20,000 nt of DNA from an uncultured virus (IMG/VR IMGVR_UViG_3300025102_000020). Its lineage: Duplodnaviria > Heunggongvirae > Uroviricota > Caudoviricetes > Crassvirales. Within the stretch, counting starts at the first letter, position 1. Each line of letters begins with the position of its first letter. This document shows positions 1 to 8,581 of the stretch, one piece after another. Location: IMG/VR virus record IMGVR_UViG_3300025102_000020, one strand, 5' to 3'. The position numbers were made by a program, and so were the translations under genes. A model generated the notes under the pieces. The model was given only the letters and a program-made list of their open reading frames with translations. It had not been told where the DNA came from and did not search any database.

Positions 1-2
1 AC

Positions 3-587
3 TTTGAAGGTTCTCAAAGGTATAGATATAACTATAACAACAAGTTGTCATTTAACGTTGGTGCTGCTCAGCGAATAGCCGAGCCATACGGTTATAATCC
101 GCTAGATCAATGGATACTTGATAACGGTAATATTCATTACACATACTTAGCTTTACAGGAAGGTTATAATGTTGACGTGTATAATTCTATATACACAAAT
201 CCAAACGGAGAGGTTGTTGCCACTTCTTCTGATGTTTGGGAGCAAATAGTTATACCTGAAGTATTGTCTGATTACACTAATAAGAAAAGAAATGAATTAG
301 ATAGAATTTGGAACCATTCTTTAGTTATAGGTTTCGACTACTATCATTATACCAAAAGCTATTGGTTGCATAGTTGGGGTAGTATATTTCCTTATCATTA
401 TAATACTAAAAACGAGTACTCTTACCACAACTACATAGATGGTCAGTGGTATGATTATTCTGGAGGAATAATATTTGGAAAAAAGATTAGTAAGCAATTA
501 GGTGTTTTTGTAGAGGGAAAATATAATAAATACTGGAACAGAGAATGGCACAACTTTAAATTAGGAATTAACTATATAATAAGATAA
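3..587 (+). CDS. 5'-truncated protein with outer-membrane beta-barrel-like C-terminus
   Basis: The frame is open from the window edge (TTT GAA GGT...). It has Tyr/Trp/Gly-rich alternating strands (LGVFVEGKY) and ends FKLGINYIIR, resembling a terminal beta-strand signal. Confidence 0.5.
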   Translation, partial: FEGSQRYRYNYNNKLSFNVGAAQRIAEPYGYNPLDQWILDNGNIHYTYLALQEGYNVDVYNSIYTNPNGEVVATSSDVWEQIVIPEVLSDYTNKKRNELDRIWNHSLVIGFDYYHYTKSYWLHSWGSIFPYHYNTKNEYSYHNYIDGQWYDYSGGIIFGKKISKQLGVFVEGKYNKYWNREWHNFKLGINYIIR

Positions 588-588
588 T

Positions 589-834
589 ATGAGCTTTAAA
601 ATGAAAGGGTCTTATCATTACGGTACAAACCCACTAAAACAAAAAGAGGATTTTAAACCTCACAATATGTACGATAAGCAAAAAGCTGAAACGTACAATG
701 AGCACGTTGATTTAAAAGAGAAAGGTTATAAGCACAGTCCTTACAAGGCTAAAGATTGTAATTGCTGGGATGGTTATAGTAGAGTAGCTGGTACGAAACC
801 TTGTGCGCCTGGTAGTTGTAAAAAAGACAAATAA
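589..834 (+). CDS. Small basic protein with N-terminal FKMKG motif and Cys-rich CWDGY C-terminus
   Basis: 81-aa ORF tightly packed between neighbours; MSFKMKG...PLKQ and CNCWDGY...PC..GSC. Confidence 0.7.
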   Translation: MSFKMKGSYHYGTNPLKQKEDFKPHNMYDKQKAETYNEHVDLKEKGYKHSPYKAKDCNCWDGYSRVAGTKPCAPGSCKKDK

Positions 835-835
835 T

Positions 836-1129
836 ATGGCGTTTAAAATGAAAGGGCCTTCACTATATTCAAGTCCATTAGCACAAGCAAATAAAAGAAC
901 AAAAGGCAAAGGAAGACACTTTAGGTCAAAAGAAGAAGGTGCCGGCATGACGTCTGCTGGGGTTGCTTCTTATAAAAAACAAAATCCAGGCAGTAAACTT
1001 CAAACCGCTGTAACAGGCAAAGTCAAACCAGGAAGTAAAGACGCTGGTAGAAGAAAATCATTTTGCGCTAGGTCAAAGGGTTGGACTGGTGAAAGAGGTA
1101 AGGCTGCTAGAGCAAGATGGAAGTGTTAA
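836..1129 (+). CDS. Small basic phage protein (RRKSFCAR...RWKC, DUF6321-like)
   Basis: The likely start is ATG 836 (MAFKMKG), 1 nt after the previous stop. The RRKSFCARS and terminal RWKC motifs are recognised from small phage proteins. Confidence 0.65.
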   Translation: MAFKMKGPSLYSSPLAQANKRTKGKGRHFRSKEEGAGMTSAGVASYKKQNPGSKLQTAVTGKVKPGSKDAGRRKSFCARSKGWTGERGKAARARWKC

Positions 1130-1145
1130 CATTAAAAATAATAAT

Positions 1146-1322
1146 ATGAAAATAGATTGGATTAACGGCTACAAACCAGGTAACAAAAAAGAAAAATACG
1201 AAATAACGTTTAGACTAGGTACTTTTACAGTTTTAGAAATTAAAGCTTGTTTATTCTGTGAAAAAGGATGTTCGTCTAAAAAATTTAGACTTATGATATT
1301 AAACTTAGGACTTGAAATATAA
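1146..1322 (+). CDS. Hypothetical small protein
   Basis: ATG 1146 follows an A-rich leader; its stop overlaps the next start (TAATG). Confidence 0.6.
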   Translation: MKIDWINGYKPGNKKEKYEITFRLGTFTVLEIKACLFCEKGCSSKKFRLMILNLGLEI

Positions 1323-1939
1323 TGACAGATATATATACTAGAGAACAAATAAAAGACACGGTAGAAGGTTTAGGATATAAGTATTTTACAGGAGATAATT
1401 ACGATGTAAATATCGTTGGTATTAGAAACTCTGAAACTAAAGGTAAGGTTACAAACTTGTTTGATGATATAATTACCATATCATATAAAGATGAAAACGG
1501 TGACTGGAATTATCATGAGTACAATTGCACTACAGATCCTGGGGATGATTGGATGGAAAATCCTTGGATAGATAAAATAGGTTGTGCTGTATTAAAACCT
1601 GGGCAATATAGAGGATCTCATAAACTTAGATTACATGGAGGAAAGTATTTAGCGTTAGGACAGAAAAAACCTGTAACAGTTTATAGAGATAACAATAGAA
1701 ACGATATGTATGAATTTGATGAGTCCACTTGTGATACAGGTGTGTTTGGAATTAATATACATAGAGCAACCGCTTTAGAGGGTAAAACTTCTACATATGT
1801 AAACAAGTGGAGTGCCGGATGTCAAGTTATAGCTTCAAACGACGATTGGTTTGCGTTCTTGGAAATATGTCAAACAGCAAGAGAAGTGTGGGGAAATAGT
1901 TTTTCTTACACGTTGATAGAGAGCAAGGATATTAAATAA
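1322..1939 (+). CDS. Putative endolysin / cell-wall enzyme with L,D-transpeptidase (YkuD)-like catalytic motif
   Basis: GINIHRA...WSAGCQV fits the H-x(n)-S-x-G-C motif. It is the last gene of the late arm. Confidence 0.55.
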   Translation: MTDIYTREQIKDTVEGLGYKYFTGDNYDVNIVGIRNSETKGKVTNLFDDIITISYKDENGDWNYHEYNCTTDPGDDWMENPWIDKIGCAVLKPGQYRGSHKLRLHGGKYLALGQKKPVTVYRDNNRNDMYEFDESTCDTGVFGINIHRATALEGKTSTYVNKWSAGCQVIASNDDWFAFLEICQTAREVWGNSFSYTLIESKDIK

Positions 1940-1940
1940 A

Positions 1941-1966
1941 AAAAGGGAGCAATTAAGCTCCCTTTT
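1941..1966. terminator. Bidirectional intrinsic terminator
   Basis: Perfect inverted repeat AAAAGGGAGC-AATTAA-GCTCCCTTTT with A/T tracts on both sides, between convergent genes. Confidence 0.92.
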
Positions 1967-1969
1967 GTT

Positions 1970-2170
1970 TTATATAGTAACAGCGTTCTTCTGTTTCTGG
2001 ACTTCAACTCTAATTTCTTGAGCTAAGTTTTTAATCGTTTGCATAGACTTTCTAACTCTTGTTCCTGCTGAGTTATTACCTTCTACAAATTTCTCTGCAT
2101 CTGGCATACATCTTTCAAACTCTTCACCCATTTTTTGATACAATTTTACTACTTCATTTTCTCCGTACAT
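1970..2170 (-). CDS. Histone H1-like (Hc1 family) small protein
   Basis: DAEKFVEGNNSAGTRVRKSMQTIKNLAQEIR matches the GNxxAGTRxRK signature of Bacteroidota Hc1-like proteins. Confidence 0.75.
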   Translation of the reverse strand: MYGENEVVKLYQKMGEEFERCMPDAEKFVEGNNSAGTRVRKSMQTIKNLAQEIRVEVQKQKNAVTI

Positions 2171-2192
2171 TTTATTTAATTTAAGTTAATAT

Positions 2193-4058
2193 TTATTTTA
2201 CTTCACAATTTCCACCTGCACAAGCTAACTCACCTGATAGATCCGTGTTGTCTTCTAGTTCTATAACTTTGGACAAATCAACATTGTGTAAGGTTTTCGT
2301 CATATCATTGTATATCTGTTTTGTTACATCCTCGAAAGGAGCTTGTACATAACTACCACCATCATAAGGCAGGACAGACAACCCGTTATAATGATTTCTA
2401 TTTTCCCACATCCATTCTCCTGCTTCTTCCCATTCATTTTCTTTTAGAGATACTGTAGCTGAAACATTGTGGGAGTTTGAGCCAGTCTTATGACCAGGTT
2501 TGACCCATTCAGTTGCTACCTTTTTAATTCTCTCTAATAAGTCCATAAACTTCTCGGTTCTAACGATCGAGCCTTTTGGAGCTTTCTGTGGAATGCTAAT
2601 CACCGCCGTATCATGAGGTCTAAAATAATCGTCCTCTAATAATTCCGGATGGTGTATAGCAAGATAAGTATATATAGACTCGTTCTTACCGACACGAAGT
2701 CTACGTATATAATATCTATTGTGCCAAGCGTGTATACCTGATGAAGTTCCTAAAACTAAAGATGTTGTTCCCGCCGGTTTAACTGTTGTTGCTCTAGCAG
2801 CAGGTTTTATACCTATAGTCTTAGCCACCATTCTGTTCATCATTTTCACATGATCGGCGGCTTCGTTCATATTTAATTCAAGAACTTTACCAGAGGCTAT
2901 TCCCGTCATTGACACTCCTATAAGGGCGTCTTTTTCAGTGGTCTCTTGCCAAACTTCTCTTAAATAATGAAACTCTGTGTAACCAGCTTGTAGCGTTCCT
3001 ATGAAAGCGGCGGCGGCAACTCTTTCATTTAAATCATCTTGATCCACTACGTCAGAGACATTTACCTCGCATAAGTTACAAAACTGGAATGGACGTAATG
3101 CTATTTCACAGCAAGGATTGGTTCCCCAATCTTTATCGTTATTAAAATATATCCCTGGTTCTCCAGATCCAGATAACTCAATTCGTTTCCATAAGTCCAT
3201 AAAGAAATCTTTAGTAATCTTATGTCTCATTAAAACAGCTGAGTTATTTGCTCTACCTCTTTGTGGGTCTTTCTCCCACCAATTTCCTGATTTACAAGAA
3301 ATCATTTTCTCATCGTAAGCCGAGAACAACGATATTAATGCAGCCCGTCTAATACCGCCTGCAAGTACAGCATCAGCAATGTGACAAACAATATCGTGAA
3401 CTTCCAGGCTAGAGAGTTTTTCTCCGTCTTGTTTTCCATCTAATATTCCTTTAATTTTTACTAAACATTCTCTTAGTGGTTGCGGTCCAGGTGCTTTTCC
3501 TCCAGAGGTCACGAGACGTGCTCCCTTTGGTCTAATGTCAGAGTAATCAAACTTTATCTTAGATGATCTCTTAGAGCCCAAATAAGACTTGATTAAAACT
3601 TTTATCGCATCTGACCAACCCTCGATACTATCGCCGATAACAAACCTACGTTTTCTTACGTTATGAGGTTTTATTACTTCTGGCAACTTTTTAATATTAT
3701 GTAGTTGTACCGAATATCCTACGCCGCATCCACTAAGTAAAAGAAACATAACCTCACTAAAAGCATCGATATGATCAATAGGTAGATAAGCGCAATTATA
3801 TAGACGATTTGGACTAATTTCGATTGGCTTACCACCGAACTGTAAACTTCGCATAGAAGGTAGGACTTTCTTTTCATAGACGTATTTATAATAAGTATTT
3901 ATATCATTCTCTAAACTTGGGTACTTACGGATGTGCATTGCTTTGTTACGGTCAACCAACTCCTCCCAAGTTTCTCTTCTTTGTAACTCAGGGATATACT
4001 TAGCATATTTCATGTGCACAGTAATATCCGAGAGTATATTGTTGTTTAACTCGTTCAT
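2193..4058 (-). CDS. nrdJ: Class II (adenosylcobalamin-dependent) ribonucleotide reductase, monomeric RtpR type
   Basis: NCAY, GTNPCCEI, TTVKPAGT and a C-terminal redox pair CAGGNC; 621 aa with no adjacent beta subunit. Confidence 0.92.
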   Translation of the reverse strand: MNELNNNILSDITVHMKYAKYIPELQRRETWEELVDRNKAMHIRKYPSLENDINTYYKYVYEKKVLPSMRSLQFGGKPIEISPNRLYNCAYLPIDHIDAFSEVMFLLLSGCGVGYSVQLHNIKKLPEVIKPHNVRKRRFVIGDSIEGWSDAIKVLIKSYLGSKRSSKIKFDYSDIRPKGARLVTSGGKAPGPQPLRECLVKIKGILDGKQDGEKLSSLEVHDIVCHIADAVLAGGIRRAALISLFSAYDEKMISCKSGNWWEKDPQRGRANNSAVLMRHKITKDFFMDLWKRIELSGSGEPGIYFNNDKDWGTNPCCEIALRPFQFCNLCEVNVSDVVDQDDLNERVAAAAFIGTLQAGYTEFHYLREVWQETTEKDALIGVSMTGIASGKVLELNMNEAADHVKMMNRMVAKTIGIKPAARATTVKPAGTTSLVLGTSSGIHAWHNRYYIRRLRVGKNESIYTYLAIHHPELLEDDYFRPHDTAVISIPQKAPKGSIVRTEKFMDLLERIKKVATEWVKPGHKTGSNSHNVSATVSLKENEWEEAGEWMWENRNHYNGLSVLPYDGGSYVQAPFEDVTKQIYNDMTKTLHNVDLSKVIELEDNTDLSGELACAGGNCEVK

Positions 4059-4204
4059 TATTTATTTAACGTTAAGCATACATCTACAAAGGGTAGATAT
4101 AAAACGTGGTTTGTTTTCTTTTTTTCGTCGTAAGATCTAAACCCTGTTAATATACCAGGGTAAAACCCAAAACTTAATTCCCATTTATCTTTTCTTTTTG
4201 CCAT
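4058..4204 (-). CDS. Small hypothetical protein (48 aa, not in ORF track)
   Basis: Manual translation gives MAKRKDKWELSFGFYPGILTGFRSY...LTLNK. It fills the gap, and its stop overlaps the nrdJ start (TAATG). Confidence 0.65.
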   Translation of the reverse strand: MAKRKDKWELSFGFYPGILTGFRSYDEKKKTNHVLYLPFVDVCLTLNK

Positions 4205-4652
4205 TTATTTTATTTTTATTTGTTATTAATTCTACTACTTGATCGCATTCCTTTTGGTTTTGAGGTTTATATAAAGTCACAGAAGGTAAGTTTGCTTTTA
4301 CATACTTTTTAAACATTTTCCAACGTAATGGGAAACTTTCATTAGCTCTTCCTTTGCATTCTATTATAAATGAATCGCTTACAAAATCAGGTGTGTATTT
4401 AATATTTAAGATCTTTTTTTGACCTCTATTAACCATATCACCTTTACCATTACCTTGTCGCTCATAAGAGTCTACATCGAACATAAACCCTTCTTGTAGT
4501 TCAAACGTTGCTCCTTCGTATACAGCATGTATTTTAGCTTTCTTTAAAGCTATGTACATATATTTTTCTAAACCGGATGCGAATTGGATCCCGTCAAAAG
4601 TAACCTTTTTACTCCTGACAGGACCTTTCTTTCTTTTATATTTCTTTTTCAC
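4185..4652 (-). CDS. PD-(D/E)XK endonuclease, T7 endonuclease I / Holliday junction resolvase-like
   Basis: FASGLE...YTPDF...IIECKG motifs. Confidence 0.8.
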   Translation of the reverse strand: MKKKYKRKKGPVRSKKVTFDGIQFASGLEKYMYIALKKAKIHAVYEGATFELQEGFMFDVDSYERQGNGKGDMVNRGQKKILNIKYTPDFVSDSFIIECKGRANESFPLRWKMFKKYVKANLPSVTLYKPQNQKECDQVVELITNKNKINGKKKR

Positions 4653-4908
4653 GATCTTCTAACTCTTCACGCGCGGCCTGTATGTATAGCACAGCATCCA
4701 TTAATTCCTCTTGTATATCCATAAGATATCCAGATAGGTTTTTAAACTTACCTCTACGTTCGTCGTCTAACGTTCTACCGTATTTCTCATAACCAACATC
4801 TGATCTTGATACAAACTTAGTAACTACGTGTTTAACAACTGGGTCTCTAAAACCAAACTCTTTACGTTCTATGCCGTTTTTGGCATCCATAATTTCTCTA
4901 CTTGACAT
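4636..4908 (-). CDS. Small all-alpha NTP pyrophosphatase-like protein
   Basis: The likely start is ATG 4908 (MSSRE). RSDVGYEKYG...QEELMDAVLY carries an EExxD acidic helix motif. Confidence 0.55.
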   Translation of the reverse strand: MSSREIMDAKNGIERKEFGFRDPVVKHVVTKFVSRSDVGYEKYGRTLDDERRGKFKNLSGYLMDIQEELMDAVLYIQAAREELEDREKEI

Positions 4909-4909
4909 A

Positions 4910-5809
4910 TTAATCCTTTTTAAATGTTCCGTTAACCATTTTACCAGTTCTATTTTTAATCTCGTAATAGGCTTGCTCGACGCACTGTTCGATTGGCTCA
5001 CCTATTAATTCAGCTAAGTTAGTCAATACGACAACACAATCACCAATACCATCAATAGCTTCCATATCGTTGCCTTTTAATATAGCTCTACAGGTTTCGC
5101 CGACCTCTTCAACAAGTTTTAACGCCTGTGTTTTAGGATCGCCTTTGTCATATAAACCTCTTTCGTCGGCCCACATTCTTATTAGTTCAAACATGCTAAC
5201 TTCCGAGCATTTGTCGTCACAGTATTTTTGTTGTCTAATACCTGTGGGCGCTAGACTACCGGTTCTACACCTACCATTATATTGGTCGTTCATTTGTTTA
5301 GCGTTGTCTAAGTCGTGTATAGCATAAGCGTCGTGGTTATCAAACCATCTAGCAAAAGCTTTATTGTACACATAACATCTGTCTTGAGTGTATTGAGATA
5401 CTTTAACGTTATCCATTATCCAATCAATTGATTTTGAAGTAATCCCAACTGGACCACTATCGGTTTCCCATTGCATACCTATTTTATCCATAAGTTGCCC
5501 TTTTAGTTTACTGACTGGACAAGGGAATGTCGTAGTCATTTCTGTTACATTTATTCTCATATTATTTATTGTTATTTGGTTTACTGGTTTATATAAATCT
5601 TTGTAAAGTTTTCTGTCAACTCTATAACCCAAGGCTTTCTGGAGTGATATTTCTCTCTCTGATACTAAATCAATATCTGAGGTAGACATTATAACTTGAT
5701 ACTCACCTTCGTAATAACCCTGTTGACGTTCAACCCTTTCTTTAAGATCTGTTGTTACCCCTATTTTTTTACCCGGGATATGGTATAAGTAATACATTTT
5801 ATCTGTCAT
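4910..5809 (-). CDS. Fusion of an N-terminal GIY-YIG-like domain, an unknown middle domain and a C-terminal MazG-like NTP pyrophosphohydrolase
   Basis: N-terminus YYLYHIPGKKIGVTTDLKERV...E; C-terminus WADERGL...QALKLVEEVGE...DGIGDCVVVL...AYYEIKNR. Confidence 0.75.
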   Translation of the reverse strand: MTDKMYYLYHIPGKKIGVTTDLKERVERQQGYYEGEYQVIMSTSDIDLVSEREISLQKALGYRVDRKLYKDLYKPVNQITINNMRINVTEMTTTFPCPVSKLKGQLMDKIGMQWETDSGPVGITSKSIDWIMDNVKVSQYTQDRCYVYNKAFARWFDNHDAYAIHDLDNAKQMNDQYNGRCRTGSLAPTGIRQQKYCDDKCSEVSMFELIRMWADERGLYDKGDPKTQALKLVEEVGETCRAILKGNDMEAIDGIGDCVVVLTNLAELIGEPIEQCVEQAYYEIKNRTGKMVNGTFKKD

Positions 5810-6459
5810 ATTTTATCGTTATATAGATGCATATTATGTGCGAAATGATAATATACACCCGGTTCAATATTAAGTCTGTTAGAGATCATCTTTTGCAGCT
5901 TAGAGAAACAATATTGATCGTTACAAAACCCGAACCACAAATCGTTACTCCTCATTGTTACGCACATATCTAGTCTACCATGTAATATGGTAAATTGAAT
6001 AGCGTAAGTACAAGGTGTGTCTCTCTCGTATTTAGGGTGTTCTTTACAATCGTATATAGATATTGCAGCTTGCCTAGTGTCTTTGTTATTTTTAAGTTTA
6101 TCAATAACATGATCTAATTGGCTAATATTATTCCAACAAGTTCTTTGCCACTGGTGACCATAGTTAGAATTAACATAACCGTGGTCGTTGGCCATACGTT
6201 TCCATATCTCAGGTACCTTACCGTATATATCGCCTAGCTTTTCGATATTGTCATCGCCAGATAAATACCATTGCCATTCAGCTTCAGCATAATCTTCTTT
6301 CCAGTTACGTTCTCTATTTGTTATTCTATTATCCATAGGATCTGTCATATAGAAACCTACGTTAAATAGAGCTTTAGTATCTCCGAAATCTACACCGTCT
6401 CGTATTATACGATCGTGTAAGTATTCATAAGCTGTATTTGCATTTCTAAACTTACGCAT
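5806..6459 (-). CDS. Thymidylate synthase-fold enzyme, probably dCMP hydroxymethylase/methylase type
   Basis: TRQA, DTPC (catalytic Cys), MRSNDLWFGFCND and HFAHNMHLY. It has Asp where ThyA has the dUMP-specifying Asn. Confidence 0.8.
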   Translation of the reverse strand: MRKFRNANTAYEYLHDRIIRDGVDFGDTKALFNVGFYMTDPMDNRITNRERNWKEDYAEAEWQWYLSGDDNIEKLGDIYGKVPEIWKRMANDHGYVNSNYGHQWQRTCWNNISQLDHVIDKLKNNKDTRQAAISIYDCKEHPKYERDTPCTYAIQFTILHGRLDMCVTMRSNDLWFGFCNDQYCFSKLQKMISNRLNIEPGVYYHFAHNMHLYNDKI

Positions 6460-6619
6460 AGTGTTCTCCTTTGTATTTAATATAACTAGATAAATCTCTT
6501 ATAGTGAAATCATCAACACCCGGTATAACTTTATAATACACGGTTTTAAATTCTTTATTTGTTCCCGGGTAGTATGTCAACTGTATTGTATTGTTATTTA
6601 TTTGTTTTATTGTATTTGT
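6452..6619 (-). CDS. Hypothetical small protein
   Basis: Fills the gap between the 94-aa ORF and the TS-like gene; start uncertain (6619 or 6643). Confidence 0.5.
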   Translation of the reverse strand, partial: TNTIKQINNNTIQLTYYPGTNKEFKTVYYKVIPGVDDFTIRDLSSYIKYKGEHYA

Positions 6620-6878
6620 CATAATAGTATTTATAGTATTCATACATTTTAGCTAAAGCTTCTTTGTCTTTGTAAACTTTAGGGTCTAAATGTATTTTCT
6701 TGTTAATATTTAATTCAACTTTCCATTCGCCTTTGCTATTTCCCCAGTCAGGTACTACAGCTATTTTAATTCCTTTCTTATTACACCAACAAACATGCTT
6801 CATATCTTGTTGAGTATATTTTAAAAATCCAGGACTTTGACCTACAACCTTCTTGGCGTTTCTAAATCCTATTCCCAT
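6594..6878 (-). CDS. Hypothetical protein
   Basis: 94-aa ORF overlapping the primase-helicase stop, on the operon strand. Confidence 0.65.
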   Translation of the reverse strand: MGIGFRNAKKVVGQSPGFLKYTQQDMKHVCWCNKKGIKIAVVPDWGNSKGEWKVELNINKKIHLDPKVYKDKEALAKMYEYYKYYYDKYNKTNK

Positions 6879-8581
6879 GGCATAGGCTCGTTCTCAGCCG
6901 CTACCATAACTTCAGGCATAAAGCTTCCAGATCGTGGTTCCCAGGTAAAGAAAGCCTCAGCTCCATTTTCTCCGAGGTTTTGAAACTTAACTTTAAGTAC
7001 TTTAACTTTAGTCGTTTTAGCTTCATAATCTCTATGGACTAACAAACCGTGGTAACTAGCATCGTACCATTCACCACCACCCTTAATGTTGTACATAGTA
7101 GGTTCTTCGATTTTACCATCTTGGCCCTTGTACATTTTAGTGGGGTGAGCAACTATAAAAGTTAACACATCGTACTTTCTACAGAAGGCTTCAATCTTGG
7201 CTAAGTAATCCATTGTATAACGGTTTACATCGTCTGAATGAGCGTTAACATCTCTAACTTTGTTAAATGGATCTATCACTAGACATTTGATACCCTTTCG
7301 TTTTACTAGCTCAGCTCCTTTGCGTAATACGGACTCTAAATTATACTTATCCATATCAATGAAGAAATAGTTATCGTTTACGTGGTCTGCAACTTGATTC
7401 CATTTGTCACCGCCAATATCTCCGGCCGATGGCATATCCATCCATGTTTTCCTCATTAATTTATGTGCGTGTAAGTATGTAGGTTGATTCTCTGGAGAAG
7501 CAAAAGCTGTCTTCCATTCATAATTCTTATTATAACCTACAACCATCTGATCAACAAAATCAGACTTACCACTACTAGGGATTCCAGTAACAGTAATAAA
7601 CTGACCGGTATACGTTGAGAATATTTTATCAAAGTTCTCAAGCCCAACTTGGAAACCAGGTTTGAAGCCGTTTTGTACAAAGTCCTTAAGTTCATCTTCT
7701 ATATCTTTTAAAGTTGTTACATTCTCTAATGGTACCTGTTTAGCCGCGTGTATAGCACTTTTCAGCTTGTCCGCTCCGTGTTCAATTAAGAAATCGTTAG
7801 CATCTTTGTTACCATTAAAATCTACTAAGTAGCATACCTCAGCACCAAGTCTTCTTACAAATTCATTCTTAAGAGCTTGACCAGGTTCATCAGCGTCTAC
7901 CGCTATTACAATCTTAGTTTTATCTTCTAAGTAATCAATACAATTATCTAAATAATCTAAGTTATTAGAATTCAATGTAGCTCCGTTGGGAACTGATATT
8001 GCATTCTGAATACCAGCTTCATGTAAAGCTAGTACGTCCATTTCTCCCTCTACGATAACGCACCAATCATACCCTACAATACTATTAATATTGTAAAATA
8101 CTTTTTCAGCGCCTTTGAAGAGTTTGAAGTTCTTTCTACCATCTCGATATTTAATATTAATAAGTTGGTCACCCATTAAATAATTAAACTGAATGGTATT
8201 TTCATTCTTACTCGTTTGAGGCATCCACTCAGGACCTTCAGTTACATAAAGATCTTTAAGTGTTTTCTTAGAGATACCTCTTGTACCGAACCAAGTTTCA
8301 ACATTAGTACTTACATCGTTAAATTGCTCTGGTGTCTGAGGTCTAACATAGACCTTTTCACTAGCGCCCTTACGTTGGTAAGTATGTAGTTGAAAACTTG
8401 TATCACAATTGTGACAGGTACCGAGACCACGTTCCCAATCATAAGAAGCACATTGTGCTTTCTGATTCTTAGGTTTCCTATCAGATGAACACAGGGGACA
8501 AATCCCCTGTGATGCACCTTCTTTTAGGCTATGTTGATTGAACTCGTCAATCAAAAATCCATTGATCTCTTCTCTATTCAT
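6869..8581 (-). CDS. DNA primase-helicase (T7 gp4/Twinkle-like)
   Basis: Zn finger CPLC...CHNC, TOPRIM EGEMD and DADEPG, Walker A GIPSSGKS, VIDP, VAHP. Confidence 0.95.
   Translation of the reverse strand: MNREEINGFLIDEFNQHSLKEGASQGICPLCSSDRKPKNQKAQCASYDWERGLGTCHNCDTSFQLHTYQRKGASEKVYVRPQTPEQFNDVSTNVETWFGTRGISKKTLKDLYVTEGPEWMPQTSKNENTIQFNYLMGDQLINIKYRDGRKNFKLFKGAEKVFYNINSIVGYDWCVIVEGEMDVLALHEAGIQNAISVPNGATLNSNNLDYLDNCIDYLEDKTKIVIAVDADEPGQALKNEFVRRLGAEVCYLVDFNGNKDANDFLIEHGADKLKSAIHAAKQVPLENVTTLKDIEDELKDFVQNGFKPGFQVGLENFDKIFSTYTGQFITVTGIPSSGKSDFVDQMVVGYNKNYEWKTAFASPENQPTYLHAHKLMRKTWMDMPSAGDIGGDKWNQVADHVNDNYFFIDMDKYNLESVLRKGAELVKRKGIKCLVIDPFNKVRDVNAHSDDVNRYTMDYLAKIEAFCRKYDVLTFIVAHPTKMYKGQDGKIEEPTMYNIKGGGEWYDASYHGLLVHRDYEAKTTKVKVLKVKFQNLGENGAEAFFTWEPRSGSFMPEVMVAAENEPMPWE

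Noticed and set aside
712..948. 78-aa minus-strand ORF
   Set aside because: It is antisense to two plus-strand genes with a coherent shared motif.
5806..6459. Plain thyA annotation
   Set aside because: It lacks the PFN motif and has Asp at the specificity position, so the symbol is withheld.
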